Shown here one piece after another: positions 18,327 through 27,801 of a stretch of DNA of 29,676 nt (its first letter is position 1; each line of letters starts with the position of its first letter). The stretch is taken from assembly GCA_039798785.1 (NCBI GenBank), contig JBDKFG010000073.1:1-29676 (forward strand), written 5' to 3'. The position numbers and the translations under genes were made by a program. The notes beneath the pieces were generated by a model. It saw only the letters and a list, made by a program, of their open reading frames with translations. It made no database searches and was not told the DNA's origin. This DNA is from Verrucomicrobiota bacterium (GTDB lineage Bacteria; Verrucomicrobiota; Lentisphaeria; Lentisphaerales; Lentisphaeraceae).

Positions 18327-19559
18327 ATGGCTTTTCTAGCTCAAGACGCGATAGGTCTCGCCTGGGCGGCAGATGGCGTCTGCCACGCCGTCAGGGTCCG
18401 CCGTCAAGGAGATCGGCACCAGGTCCTAGGCCACTGGTCCGGACGGGCGGAAAGCCCATCGGCGCTGCCGGAGATCCTGCGCCAAGGATGGCAGGAGCTC
18501 TCATCCTCCGACTCGGTCCTGCTGTGCGGCGCCTCCGACGCCGCCTTCGCCCTGGCCGAGCAGAGCCTGCCGGGGATGCCCCCGGAGGAAACCACCCAGG
18601 CCCTGGAGATGTCGCTGCAGCGGCTATTTCCAAGCTCCCGCGAGGAGCAGGTCTGGGGCTGGTGGCGGCCGGAATCCGGCCCCCTCAGGGTGGTCTCTAT
18701 GCGGCGCAGCATCTGGGAACACTGGTGCGACGCCTGCGCACTGGTCCGACCCGATCTGATCGTCCCTCCCGGGCTGCTTTCCGACGTCGTCGCCAAGGGA
18801 GTCTTCCCTCTCGAGAAGGACGGCGAAGGCTGGCTCTGCCTGGTCGCCGAGGACGGACGCCTTCTCTCAAGCTGGTGCGACTCCTCAGACTATCTCGGCG
18901 CCGCAGCGAAAGCCGGCGTCGACTTGGGCGGCTTGTCCTCGGCCTCCGATCGTGAAGCCTGGGCCCCCGCCCTGGCCCTGGCCTTGGCAGGCACCTCCAT
19001 CCCTATCGGCAGCGCGTCCCGCGGCCTTCCTCCCGTCCCCCCCCTGCTCCGCCCGAAACGCTACCAAGGACTGAAGCTGATCACCGCCTTCTCCCTCGCC
19101 GCCTGCGCCCTGCTGCTTGCCGTCCAGGGCCTGCGGATGTGGGGCGCCTCCAGTGCCGCCGCCGAGCGCCGCCGCGCCCAGGTCGCCGCCATCGAAGCGG
19201 AAATCCGCAGTCTGAAACTCGACCCCGATCTCAGCCTCGCCCTCGATGGCCTCGATGCCGAACTGCGCGACAAGGTGGAGAAGCCCCCCTCCGCCCGGGC
19301 TCTGCTTCACGACTTCACCGTCGCGCTTCCCGACGCCTACTACTGCAAGACCCTGCGGATATCCTCGGGCCGCCTCGCCGCCACCGTCTTCTCCTCCAAC
19401 GGCGCCCAGCAGGAGCTCTACAACGCCCTGAAGGCGGCGCCCGGACTTGATGATGACATCACCATCAACCCCAACCCTCAAGGGGCCTCCTGGTCGATCG
19501 AAGTCAAACCCGTCGCCGACGCCACCGCCGTCAGCCTCGCAGCTGGGGCCGCCCGATGA
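18327..19559 (+). CDS. T2SS assembly platform protein, GspL-like (PilM/PilN-like architecture)
   Basis: First gene of the gsp cluster, with AGGAG RBS. It has a large cytoplasmic N-domain, one transmembrane helix, a coiled coil and a small periplasmic domain. Assigned by architecture and context. Confidence 0.6.
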   Translation: MAFLAQDAIGLAWAADGVCHAVRVRRQGDRHQVLGHWSGRAESPSALPEILRQGWQELSSSDSVLLCGASDAAFALAEQSLPGMPPEETTQALEMSLQRLFPSSREEQVWGWWRPESGPLRVVSMRRSIWEHWCDACALVRPDLIVPPGLLSDVVAKGVFPLEKDGEGWLCLVAEDGRLLSSWCDSSDYLGAAAKAGVDLGGLSSASDREAWAPALALALAGTSIPIGSASRGLPPVPPLLRPKRYQGLKLITAFSLAACALLLAVQGLRMWGASSAAAERRRAQVAAIEAEIRSLKLDPDLSLALDGLDAELRDKVEKPPSARALLHDFTVALPDAYYCKTLRISSGRLAATVFSSNGAQQELYNALKAAPGLDDDITINPNPQGASWSIEVKPVADATAVSLAAGAAR

Positions 19560-20164
19560 ACGCAGAGCACCGCCGCACCGCCGCGCTCGCCGCCGGTTTT
19601 CTCGCACTCCTGCTCATCCTCGCCTGGCAGGCCGGCCTGCTGAAAAGCTCCGGCGGCTCCGCCGGCGCAGCCCAGCTCTACGCCGCCGAAAAACGACTCG
19701 CCGCCGCCAAATCCCTGCATCGCGAGTCGGAACTGCGCCTGCAGGCTGCCCAGGACGCCAAGGAGTGGTGCTGGAGCTTCGACGCCAAAGGGACTTCCCC
19801 CCGCAGCGAGATCCAGCAGGCCCTCAACCGCCTCGCCAAGCGCGCCGGACTCGAAGCCACCGTCAACAACGGCGCCGAACGCACAGTGAGCGGCTGCGAG
19901 TACCTCAACCAGGCCGACTTCTCCCTCCAGGTGGTCGGCTGCGGCGCCCCGGAACTGCAGAAGCTGCTCGACCTCATCGACGAACAGAAGCCTCTTCTCA
20001 GCGTCACCGAACTGAGCTTGATCCGCAACGACGGCAAGGCCGCCAGCGCCGGCGAGATCGGCCTGCGCCTGGGCATCCGGGCGATCATCATGAACGGCAA
20101 GTCGAACGCCGTCTTCAACCCGGCCGAAAACAAGCCGGCACGCAATGCCCGGACGCTCAAATGA
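19556..20164 (+). CDS. T2SS protein, GspM/PilO-like
   Basis: N-terminal transmembrane helix, coiled coil, and a ferredoxin-like pattern (LQKLLDLIDEQKPLLSVTELSL). ATGA-coupled to the upstream gene. Confidence 0.65.
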   Translation: MNAEHRRTAALAAGFLALLLILAWQAGLLKSSGGSAGAAQLYAAEKRLAAAKSLHRESELRLQAAQDAKEWCWSFDAKGTSPRSEIQQALNRLAKRAGLEATVNNGAERTVSGCEYLNQADFSLQVVGCGAPELQKLLDLIDEQKPLLSVTELSLIRNDGKAASAGEIGLRLGIRAIIMNGKSNAVFNPAENKPARNARTLK

Positions 20165-20192
20165 CCGCATCCACCCGCACGGAGATCTCCTG

Positions 20193-21050
20193 ATGAAAAG
20201 CCTCCTCATCTGCAGCTCCTTGACGAGCCTCGCCGCCGCCTCCGGCCTCGCCTTCTGGGCTGCCACCTGGGAATACAAAAAGGACAGCTCGATCCAAGTC
20301 GCCGCCGCCAACGCCTCGCCGCCTGCTCCCTACTTCCAAGCCTCGCCCGCCCTCGAATCCCAGGCGATCGCCGAACGCCCCCTCTGGCGCGACGACCGCC
20401 GTCCGGCGCCGGAGAAGACGGATGACCCGGAAGATCTCGAGCCGATGGCACCCGTCAATCTCGAACTGGTCGCCATCGCCGGCGGCGAGGACGGCCATGG
20501 CTTCGCCTTGATCGCGCAATCAAGCAGCCCCTCAAAGGATTCCCGCCGCCGTTCTGAGGGCGAAGCGCCGATCTCGCGGTCGCGCAGCCCCGGCGTCCTC
20601 TATGCCGTCGGAGACGAGATCCCCGGCACCGGACTGAAGATCGCCGCCATCTCCTCCGACACCGTCAAGCTCAGCGGCAGCAAGCCCCAGGAGCTGAAGA
20701 TCGAGTGGACATCGATCGCCGCCAAGGCCCGCCTCGAAACCGCCTTCAAGGAAGCCAGCAGCCGCAAGTCCGAAAGCAACATCCTCGGAGCTCAGAGCAA
20801 AACCGGAGGAGGCGCCATCTCCAGCGGCGGCAACCAAGACCAGGAGAAGTTCGGCGGCTACACCAAGGATGAACTGATGAACCTGCGCCAGCAAGATCCC
20901 GAGAAATTCCGCCAGGTGATCAAGGAACTGCACAAATCCAGCGCAGCGGAAAACAACCCAGCCACCCCCGCTGAAGGGGACAAGACCGAAAACGGCGGGG
21001 AGAACCGCGGCGGAAATCGCGGCCGAGGCGACAAAGGTCGCGACCGCTGA
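20193..21050 (+). CDS. T2SS protein, GspC-like (no PDZ domain seen)
   Basis: N-terminal anchor, RPLW..DRRP, LELVAIA..FALI, YAVGDEIPGTGLKIAAISSDTVKL (HR-domain-like). Lies immediately before the secretin. Confidence 0.6.
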   Translation: MKSLLICSSLTSLAAASGLAFWAATWEYKKDSSIQVAAANASPPAPYFQASPALESQAIAERPLWRDDRRPAPEKTDDPEDLEPMAPVNLELVAIAGGEDGHGFALIAQSSSPSKDSRRRSEGEAPISRSRSPGVLYAVGDEIPGTGLKIAAISSDTVKLSGSKPQELKIEWTSIAAKARLETAFKEASSRKSESNILGAQSKTGGGAISSGGNQDQEKFGGYTKDELMNLRQQDPEKFRQVIKELHKSSAAENNPATPAEGDKTENGGENRGGNRGRGDKGRDR

Positions 21051-21109
21051 TCCCCCACGATCCCTCAAGATTCTTCAACCGCAGCCCCCAAAGAAACAGG
21101 TCGACCAGC

Positions 21110-23398
21110 ATGCGCCTACCCCTCACCACCGCCGCCTCACTCATCCTCCTCGCTTCCTGCGCCGCAGAACAAACCGCCGTCACCCCGCCAGAGGAGAAGA
21201 TCGAAGTCAAAAAACCCAACTACGGCATCCTCGAGATCGGCCCCGCCGCCGAAGCGGCCGCTATGAAGATGCCGGAACGCCCGGGCGCCGCTGAGGGCAA
21301 ACCCGCCCCGGTCTACCGCCGCCTCGCTGAGCTGATGGAAGAGATCGAAGCCAAGAAGCCGGAGGGCAAGCGCCGCGACTTCAAAACCAAGATCAAGTCG
21401 CCCAGCATGGTCGGCCAGTCGATCACCGACTTCCTCGCCTTGATGGCCGCCAAGGACCAGCTCGACTTCTCCTATGTCGTCGATCCGGGCGTCAAAGGCA
21501 GCGTCACCATCAATTCGATCAGCCAGCCCGACCTCGACATCCGCGACGGCTGGCTTCAGCTCGAATCGGTGCTCCTGCTCAACGGCGCCTACGCCGCCCC
21601 CGACGCCTCCGGCGCCCTCCAGATCATGCCCCTCGCCCGGATGTCGCGCGACATGCGCATCACCCCCTTCACACCCCAGTCCAACGTCGCCGCCGAAATC
21701 GTCTCCCTCGCCCGCACCCCCGCAGCCGAAGCGGTCGCCAACCTCAAGCCCTTCCTCAGCGAAGGCGCCACCGCCGCCGCCTTGCCCCGCTCCAACGCCG
21801 TCCTCCTCGTCGACAACCCCTCCAACGTCGCCCGCGTCAGCGAACTGCTCAAGCTGATGGACGGCCAGGCCGAAGGCGGCTGGCCGCAGATCTCCGTCCC
21901 CTGCCGCGAAGTGCCGCCCTCGAACATCGCCGCCGAGCTCCAGAACATCATGCCGGTCCTCGGCTTCCCGCTTGAGATCTCCGGCCTCGCCTCCAGCTCC
22001 GGCGCCACCGCCGCCAAGAGCGAAGGCGCCGCCATCCGCATCGCCGTGGTCGAACGCCTCAACACCCTCGTCATCTCCGCCCCCAACCGCGAAACCCTCG
22101 ACGAAATCAGCCGCTGGGTCAAAACCCTCGACTCCAGCGGCAGCGGCGACCAGGAACGCCTCTTCACCTACCCGGTGAAACACGGCGAGGCCCGCGACCT
22201 GATCAACGCCCTGCTCACTTTCTTCCCCAACTCCAGCTCGCCCGATACCGCGCCGCAAAGCACCGGCCGCAATGACGTCAGCGGCGGCCAATCGAACAGC
22301 AACCCATTCGGGCAGCAAGGGCAGTTCGGCCAAAGCAATGGCGGCGGCAGCAGCACCAGCAGCAGCTCCGGCACCCGCCTCACCAAGGGCGAACCCCGAC
22401 CTGAAAACGCCCAGGCCACCGGCCGCAACGGTCAGCCCGCAGCGGCCTCGGTCCGCAGCGCCTCGGTCTTCGACACCCCGATCACCATCCACGAAGACGC
22501 CCGCCAGAACCAGCTAGTCATGCGCACCAGCCCCCGCGCCTGGAACACCATCAACGCCATGCTCAGCTACCTCGACGCGCCCTCGATGCAGGTGATGGTC
22601 CAGGTCAACGCGGTCGAAGTCACCCTCACCGGCAAACTCGCCTACGGCGTCCAATACGCCCTCCAGGACGCCTTCGGCAGCTCCACCAACGGCACCAGCG
22701 GCCAGCTCGGCGTCGGCAACAGCGTCGGCAAGGTCCCCGCCTTCGGCCCCGCCGGCAGCGTCACCCCGGGCCTCAACGCCCTCCTCAAAAACGCCGGCGC
22801 CGAAAACGAGTTCGCACTCCTCCACGCGGTCGACAAGGACGCCAAGACCGAGCTGCTCTTCTGCCCCCAGATCCTCACCAGCAACGGCGAGCTCGCCAAG
22901 ATCCAAGTGGGCAAAAACGTCCCCTACATCGCCAGCAGCAGCCAGACCAACGGCGGCAACCCCACCCAGGACGTCCAGTACAAAGACGTCGGCGTCATCC
23001 TCAGCGTCACCCCCAGGGTCAGCGCCGACCGCCGCGTCACCCTCGACCTGTCCCAGGAAATCTCCGACACCGCGGCTGATGCCATCCCCGGCGTCAACTC
23101 CCCGGTCTTCACCAAGAACACCATCTCCACCAAACTCACCGTCGAAGACGGCGAAACCCTCCTCCTCGGCGGCATGGTCAGCCACGGCAACATCGAGACC
23201 AGCGAAGGCATCCCGCTGCTGAAGGACATCCCCTGGATCGGCTGGCTCTTCGGCGCCAACACCAATGACACCGACAAGAAGGAGCTCGTCCTCTTCGTCA
23301 AGGTCAAGGTTATCGAGAACAAGTCCTCTTTGCAGAAGGTGCTGGAGCGCTACCGTGAGACCCAGCGCGTCCAGGACGCCCACCCGGAGCTGAAATGA
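21110..23398 (+). CDS. gspD: T2SS secretin, predicted lipoprotein
   Basis: N0-N3 repeats, QVMVQVNAVEV, PQILTSNGELAKIQVG, YKDVGVILSVTP, GETLLLGG, IPLLKDIPWIGWLFG. Lipobox LASC. Confidence 0.93.
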   Translation: MRLPLTTAASLILLASCAAEQTAVTPPEEKIEVKKPNYGILEIGPAAEAAAMKMPERPGAAEGKPAPVYRRLAELMEEIEAKKPEGKRRDFKTKIKSPSMVGQSITDFLALMAAKDQLDFSYVVDPGVKGSVTINSISQPDLDIRDGWLQLESVLLLNGAYAAPDASGALQIMPLARMSRDMRITPFTPQSNVAAEIVSLARTPAAEAVANLKPFLSEGATAAALPRSNAVLLVDNPSNVARVSELLKLMDGQAEGGWPQISVPCREVPPSNIAAELQNIMPVLGFPLEISGLASSSGATAAKSEGAAIRIAVVERLNTLVISAPNRETLDEISRWVKTLDSSGSGDQERLFTYPVKHGEARDLINALLTFFPNSSSPDTAPQSTGRNDVSGGQSNSNPFGQQGQFGQSNGGGSSTSSSSGTRLTKGEPRPENAQATGRNGQPAAASVRSASVFDTPITIHEDARQNQLVMRTSPRAWNTINAMLSYLDAPSMQVMVQVNAVEVTLTGKLAYGVQYALQDAFGSSTNGTSGQLGVGNSVGKVPAFGPAGSVTPGLNALLKNAGAENEFALLHAVDKDAKTELLFCPQILTSNGELAKIQVGKNVPYIASSSQTNGGNPTQDVQYKDVGVILSVTPRVSADRRVTLDLSQEISDTAADAIPGVNSPVFTKNTISTKLTVEDGETLLLGGMVSHGNIETSEGIPLLKDIPWIGWLFGANTNDTDKKELVLFVKVKVIENKSSLQKVLERYRETQRVQDAHPELK

Positions 23399-24972
23399 TG
23401 AGTCTCAAAATCGATCCCGCCAGCATCCGCCAGGAGCTCGAGAAAGCTCTCGGCTCCCCCCTCGGCGAGTCCTGGCGCCCCGGCGACGAATGGGGCCTGG
23501 TCGCCGACGGCAAATTGACCGAGCAGGACACCCTCAAGGCCTACGCCGCAGCCACCGGCCTCGACTGCCCGGAAGACGAGATCGGCCGCCCCGAACGCTT
23601 CGACGGCATCCCGGTCGAATACCTCGCCGAAACCCTGCAGCTTCCGATCAGCTGGGACGACAGCTCCGTCACCCTCGCCGTCGCCCAGCCCTGGCAGCTC
23701 GGCTCCCTCGCCCTGCACTGGCGCGCCGGCCACGGCCGCAAGGCCCGCTTTGTCCTGGTGCGCCGCTCGCAACTGGAACGCCGCCTCGCCGAAGTCTACC
23801 AGCAGCGCGGCGGCCTCGAAGCCCTCGGCGGCGACGACAGCGAACAGTCCCTCCGCGACATCGCCAAGGAAGCCCCGATCGTCCGCCTCGTCAACGACAT
23901 CTTCGCACGCGCCCTCGAAACCGGCGCCTCCGACATCCACATCGAGCCGAGCGAAACCGAGCTGAAGGTGCGCTTCCGGATCGACGGCGTCCTCTCCACC
24001 GCCTTCGAGCCGCCCCACGCCCAGTACTCAGCCATCGCCTCGCGCCTGAAGCTGATCGGCGGCCTCAACATCTCCGAACGCCGCCTCCCCCAGGACGGCC
24101 GCATCCAGCTCACCATCGGCCGCGAAGACCTCGACGTCCGCATGTCCACCCTGCCCGCCATCCACGGCGAGTCGATCGTCATGCGCCTGCTCCGCAAAAA
24201 CGCGGCGGAATACTCCTTCTCCAGCATCGGCATGGACGAAAGCACCCGCGGCACCTTCGAGGAGCTGATCCAGCGCCCCCATGGCCTCATCCTTGTCGTC
24301 GGCCCCACCGGCTCGGGCAAGACCACCACCCTTTATTGCGCCCTGATGAAACTCAACACCGGCCTCGACAAGATCATCACCGTCGAAGACCCGGTGGAAT
24401 ACCAGGTCCCCGGGATCACCCAGGTCCAGGTCAAGTCCTCCATCGGCCTCACCTTCTCCTCCGGCCTGCGCTCCATCGTCCGCCAGGACCCCGATATCAT
24501 CCTCGTCGGTGAAATCCGCGACCGCGAGACCGCCGACATCTGCATCAACGCCGCCCTCACCGGCCACCTGGTGCTCTCCACCCTTCACACCAACGACTCC
24601 GCCGGCGCCATCTCGCGCCTGCAGGACATGGGCGTCGAACCCTTCCTCATCGCCTCGGCCCTCACCGGGGTCATGTCGCAGCGCCTCGTCCGCCGCGTCT
24701 GCCCGATCTGCTGTGGCAGCGGCCTCAACGCCGGCCAGCGTTGCCGCCCCTGCTCCGGCACCGGCTACAAGGGCCGCGTCGGCATCTATGAACTGCTGGT
24801 CGTCGACGACGCCATCCGCTCCCTCATCACCCGCCGCGAAAGCGCCTCGATCATCGCCAAGCACGCCCAGGCCCACAACGGCCTGAAGCTGGTGCGAGAG
24901 GACGGATTGGCCAAGGTCGCCTCCGGCCTCACCACCCTCGAAGAAGTCGAACGCGTCTGCTGCGAGAGCTGA
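23395..24972 (+). CDS. gspE: T2SS ATPase
   Basis: ASDIHIEP, RFRIDG, PQDGR, GPTGSGKTTTLY, TVEDPVE, RQDPDIILVGEIRD, TGHLVLSTLHTN, and Cys pairs CPIC/CRPC. Confidence 0.95.
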   Translation: MMSLKIDPASIRQELEKALGSPLGESWRPGDEWGLVADGKLTEQDTLKAYAAATGLDCPEDEIGRPERFDGIPVEYLAETLQLPISWDDSSVTLAVAQPWQLGSLALHWRAGHGRKARFVLVRRSQLERRLAEVYQQRGGLEALGGDDSEQSLRDIAKEAPIVRLVNDIFARALETGASDIHIEPSETELKVRFRIDGVLSTAFEPPHAQYSAIASRLKLIGGLNISERRLPQDGRIQLTIGREDLDVRMSTLPAIHGESIVMRLLRKNAAEYSFSSIGMDESTRGTFEELIQRPHGLILVVGPTGSGKTTTLYCALMKLNTGLDKIITVEDPVEYQVPGITQVQVKSSIGLTFSSGLRSIVRQDPDIILVGEIRDRETADICINAALTGHLVLSTLHTNDSAGAISRLQDMGVEPFLIASALTGVMSQRLVRRVCPICCGSGLNAGQRCRPCSGTGYKGRVGIYELLVVDDAIRSLITRRESASIIAKHAQAHNGLKLVREDGLAKVASGLTTLEEVERVCCES

Positions 24973-24975
24973 ACC

Positions 24976-26175
24976 ATGCCCCTCTACCGATTCAAAACCG
25001 CCGCCGCCGACGGCAAGCTCGCCGAAAGCGTCGCCGAAGGAGAAAATCCGGGTGACGCCGAACGCCGCCTGCGCAGCCGCGGCCTGACTCCGCTCGCCCT
25101 GCTCGGCGAAGGCGAAGGGAAAAGCGGCTCCGGCGGCGGCCTCTTCGCGCCGCGCTTCGACGCCGTCGACTTCACCGACCGCCTCGTCCCCCTGCTCGAA
25201 GCCGGCATCTCGCTGGAACGGGCCCTGTCGATCGTCGGCGAAACCTCGGAGCGCGAGCCGGAAAAGGAGATGGCCCGCCAGCTCCGCCAAGGTCTGCACG
25301 AGGGCCGCCGCCTGTCGCAACTGGTGCGCGACCGGAGCCAGCACTTCCCCCGCCTCTATGCCAACGCGGTCGAAGCGGGCGAAGAGGCCGGTGCCCTGCC
25401 GCAGGTGATGGCCGAGCTCCGCCGCCACCTCCTCGAGCGCCGCGAAACCCGCAACTTCATCCTCTCCTCCTCCGCCTACCCCGCCGCGGTGAGCTTCATC
25501 TCGCTCGCCGTCATCGCCTTCCTCCTCGGCCACGTGGTGCCGCGCTTCGCCGCCATCTTCCAGGACGGCAAACGCAAGATGGGCGCCGCCACCGAACTCC
25601 TGGTCGGCATCTCCAACGGCATCGCCCAGTGGTGGCCACTCCTCATCGCCCTCTCCATCGGCGCAGGCGCAGGTCTCTGGTGGCTGCTCACCTCGCCCTC
25701 GCAAAACGCCCGCCGCGACGCCCTGATCATCCGCCTGCCCCTCCTCGGTCACCTGGTGATGCTGATGAACACCGCCATCCTCTGCCGCACCATGGCGGTC
25801 CTCCTGCGCTCCGGCGTCCACTTGCTCAAGGCGGTCCAGATCGCCTCGCGCGCCGTCCCCCACAGCGGCCTCGGCGACAGCGTCGCCGCCGCCGCCTCGC
25901 GCCTGCGCCAGGGCGAACGCCTCTCCGAAGCGCTCCGCTCCTGCCCCCTCCTGCCCGCGCTCGTCCCCCGGATGCTCGCCGTCGGCGAAGAAACCGGCGA
26001 CGTCGAATCGATGATGACCAAGGTGGCGGAACGCTACGACCTGGAATTCCGCAACCGCGTCAAAGCCATGCTCGCCCTCTTCGAACCCCTGATCATCGCC
26101 GTCCTCGCCGCCGTCGTCGGCTCGGTCGTCATCGTCATGTTCCTCGCCATCCAAGAACTCTCGAACCCGAAATGA
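24976..26175 (+). CDS. gspF: T2SS inner membrane protein
   Basis: LLEAGISL, AGEEAGAL, YP, VVPRFAAIF, LLRSGV, VGEETG, FEPLII; three transmembrane segments. Confidence 0.93.
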   Translation: MPLYRFKTAAADGKLAESVAEGENPGDAERRLRSRGLTPLALLGEGEGKSGSGGGLFAPRFDAVDFTDRLVPLLEAGISLERALSIVGETSEREPEKEMARQLRQGLHEGRRLSQLVRDRSQHFPRLYANAVEAGEEAGALPQVMAELRRHLLERRETRNFILSSSAYPAAVSFISLAVIAFLLGHVVPRFAAIFQDGKRKMGAATELLVGISNGIAQWWPLLIALSIGAGAGLWWLLTSPSQNARRDALIIRLPLLGHLVMLMNTAILCRTMAVLLRSGVHLLKAVQIASRAVPHSGLGDSVAAAASRLRQGERLSEALRSCPLLPALVPRMLAVGEETGDVESMMTKVAERYDLEFRNRVKAMLALFEPLIIAVLAAVVGSVVIVMFLAIQELSNPK

Positions 26176-26192
26176 AACCCAGGAATCCCCCC

Positions 26193-26612
26193 ATGAAAAC
26201 CCCCCGCTCCCGCCGCCACGCCTTCTCCCTCGTCGAACTGGTCATCGTCATCGGCATCATGGCCACCCTCGCCGCCATCGTCGGGGTCAACGTCATGAAA
26301 CAAGCCGCAGTCGCCAAGGTCGGCGAAGCCAAAGCTCAGATGAGCCAGCTAAAACAGGGCGTCAGCCTCTTTTACAGCAAACACAGCAGGTTGCCGGAAA
26401 AACTTGATGACCTCGTGATCAATCCAGGCAATGTCAAAAACTGGGTCGCCTGCATGGACAACCAGTCGATCCCGAAAGATCCCTGGGGTAACGATTACAT
26501 CTATGAATCCAAGTCAAGCAACAACCTGGGCTATGAAATCACCTCATTGGGCGCCGACGGCGCTCCCGGCGGCGACGAGCTTGACGCCGATCTGAAATTG
26601 TCCGAAAGATGA
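26193..26612 (+). CDS. gspG: T2SS major pseudopilin
   Basis: RRHA|FSLVELVIVI prepilin motif, IPKDPWGNDYIY, SLGADGAPGG..DADL. AGGA precedes ATG 26193; an alternative in-frame ATG at 26172 overlaps the gspF stop. Confidence 0.92.
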   Translation: MKTPRSRRHAFSLVELVIVIGIMATLAAIVGVNVMKQAAVAKVGEAKAQMSQLKQGVSLFYSKHSRLPEKLDDLVINPGNVKNWVACMDNQSIPKDPWGNDYIYESKSSNNLGYEITSLGADGAPGGDELDADLKLSER

Positions 26613-27115
26613 TCCCCTCCCCGATCAGCTCCCGCTTCCCGTCTCGGACTTTGCGCCGGGCCTTCTCCTTGCTGGAGTTGATCACCGTCATCATCATCAT
26701 CTCGATCGCCACCGGCATCGCCGCGGTGAGCTTCCGCCACGCCGGCCAGCGCGACCCGGTGGACGAAGTGCTGGAAAGCCTGGAAGCCACCTTCAGCGCC
26801 GCGCAGAGCCGCGCCGTCCTCGGCGGCGTCGCCATCCGGGTCAGCATGAACAAGGACGAAGCCGGCGCCGCTGCCTTCACCATCTCCTCGATCGGAGGCT
26901 CCGCATCCCGCCAGGGGGAAATGCTGCGCACCGGCGAAGACACCCGCCCCCTCCCCCCTTCCTGCAACGCCAGCTTCCAGGACGAAGGGGACTTCCTCTT
27001 CCTCCCCAGCGGCGAAGCCCGCGGCCCAACCCTCACCGTCAGCGCCGGCGAACGCAGCGCCAAGATCACCTTGGACCGCCTTACCGGACGGATGATCGTC
27101 GAGGAGCAGCCATGA
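26609..27115 (+). CDS. gspH: T2SS minor pseudopilin, GspH-like
   Basis: RRA|FSLLELITV, AQSRAV, FLPSGEA; position after gspG. Confidence 0.78.
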   Translation: MIPSPISSRFPSRTLRRAFSLLELITVIIIISIATGIAAVSFRHAGQRDPVDEVLESLEATFSAAQSRAVLGGVAIRVSMNKDEAGAAAFTISSIGGSASRQGEMLRTGEDTRPLPPSCNASFQDEGDFLFLPSGEARGPTLTVSAGERSAKITLDRLTGRMIVEEQP

Positions 27116-27801
27116 ATAAAGCCGATCGATGCCAATCGCTTTTGCCCCGGAGGAGCAGCCGGCAGATAGCCCATGGTGTAGCGACGAGTAAGGAGTCGCA
27201 AACCCCAGGTGGATGTGTAAAAGAATCTAAGCCCCAGCGGGGCGCTCAGAATGAAGCTTGCCTGCTGAGCTCAAACACGCAGCGACATTGTGGACGCCCC
27301 TTCGGGGCTCGTACACTATCTTCGGGCACCCAGGCTTTGCCCTCGTCCCTCGGCCTACACCCTGGGCTGACATCTGACCGCCCTTCCAGGGCGCAAACGA
27401 AAGGCCGAGGAATCCGCGCCTTCTCCCTCATCGAGGTGATCGTCGCCACCCTGCTTCTGGCGATTGCGGCGGCGGGTGCCACTTCCCTGGTCTCGACCTC
27501 GCTGCGCTCACTCTCCCAGGCGCAGGATTCCTGGCGCAACGAACATCTCCTGAGCGTCGCCGCCGAGCATTATCTTCTCAGCGGTCCGAATGTTTCTCTT
27601 CCTGACGGCATCCTGCCCGAAGGCTACCAGGTCCAGTGCAGCTTGATGGCCTCACCGGTGCCCGCCGGGGAGGATCCGGAGCTTTACGCCCAGCCGGTGA
27701 ATGGCTGGATCGTCGGACGTTACCAGATCACCTTGAGCCGCGACGGCCAGGCAATCGATACCCTCAATGTCGACAAACTCGTTCCCGAGGGGGAATTATG
27801 A
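27112..27801 (+). CDS. gspI: T2SS minor pseudopilin, GspI-like, with a 103-aa repeat-derived leader
   Basis: IRA|FSLIEVIVA starts at 27421, giving a 126-aa mature protein between gspH and gspJ. ATG 27112 has a GAGGAG RBS and overlaps the gspH stop. Confidence 0.75.
   Translation: MNKADRCQSLLPRRSSRQIAHGVATSKESQTPGGCVKESKPQRGAQNEACLLSSNTQRHCGRPFGARTLSSGTQALPSSLGLHPGLTSDRPSRAQTKGRGIRAFSLIEVIVATLLLAIAAAGATSLVSTSLRSLSQAQDSWRNEHLLSVAAEHYLLSGPNVSLPDGILPEGYQVQCSLMASPVPAGEDPELYAQPVNGWIVGRYQITLSRDGQAIDTLNVDKLVPEGEL
27141..27397. repeat. REP/REPIN-like composite palindromic element
   Basis: Outer arms 27144-27211 and 27327-27392 are inverted (27 of the first 38 positions match). Inner arms AGCCCCAGCGGGGCG (from 27230) and CGCCCCTTCGGGGCT (to 27309) are each palindromic and inverted to one another. 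Confidence 0.85.

Noticed and set aside
737..26154. Long antisense or alternative-frame ORFs (e.g. 737-2326, 2205-3476, 8865-10445, 21137-22492, 24028-26154)
   Set aside because: They shadow well-identified genes, carry no family motifs, and are expected from the strong codon bias of high-GC DNA.
25629..26192. ORF-track N-terminal extension of gspG (similarly 27636 for gspJ, 28301 for gspK, 13385 and 14473 for the minus-strand genes)
   Set aside because: These extensions overlap upstream genes in another frame. Better starts with an RBS or stop/start overlap exist, which is not the case for gspI.
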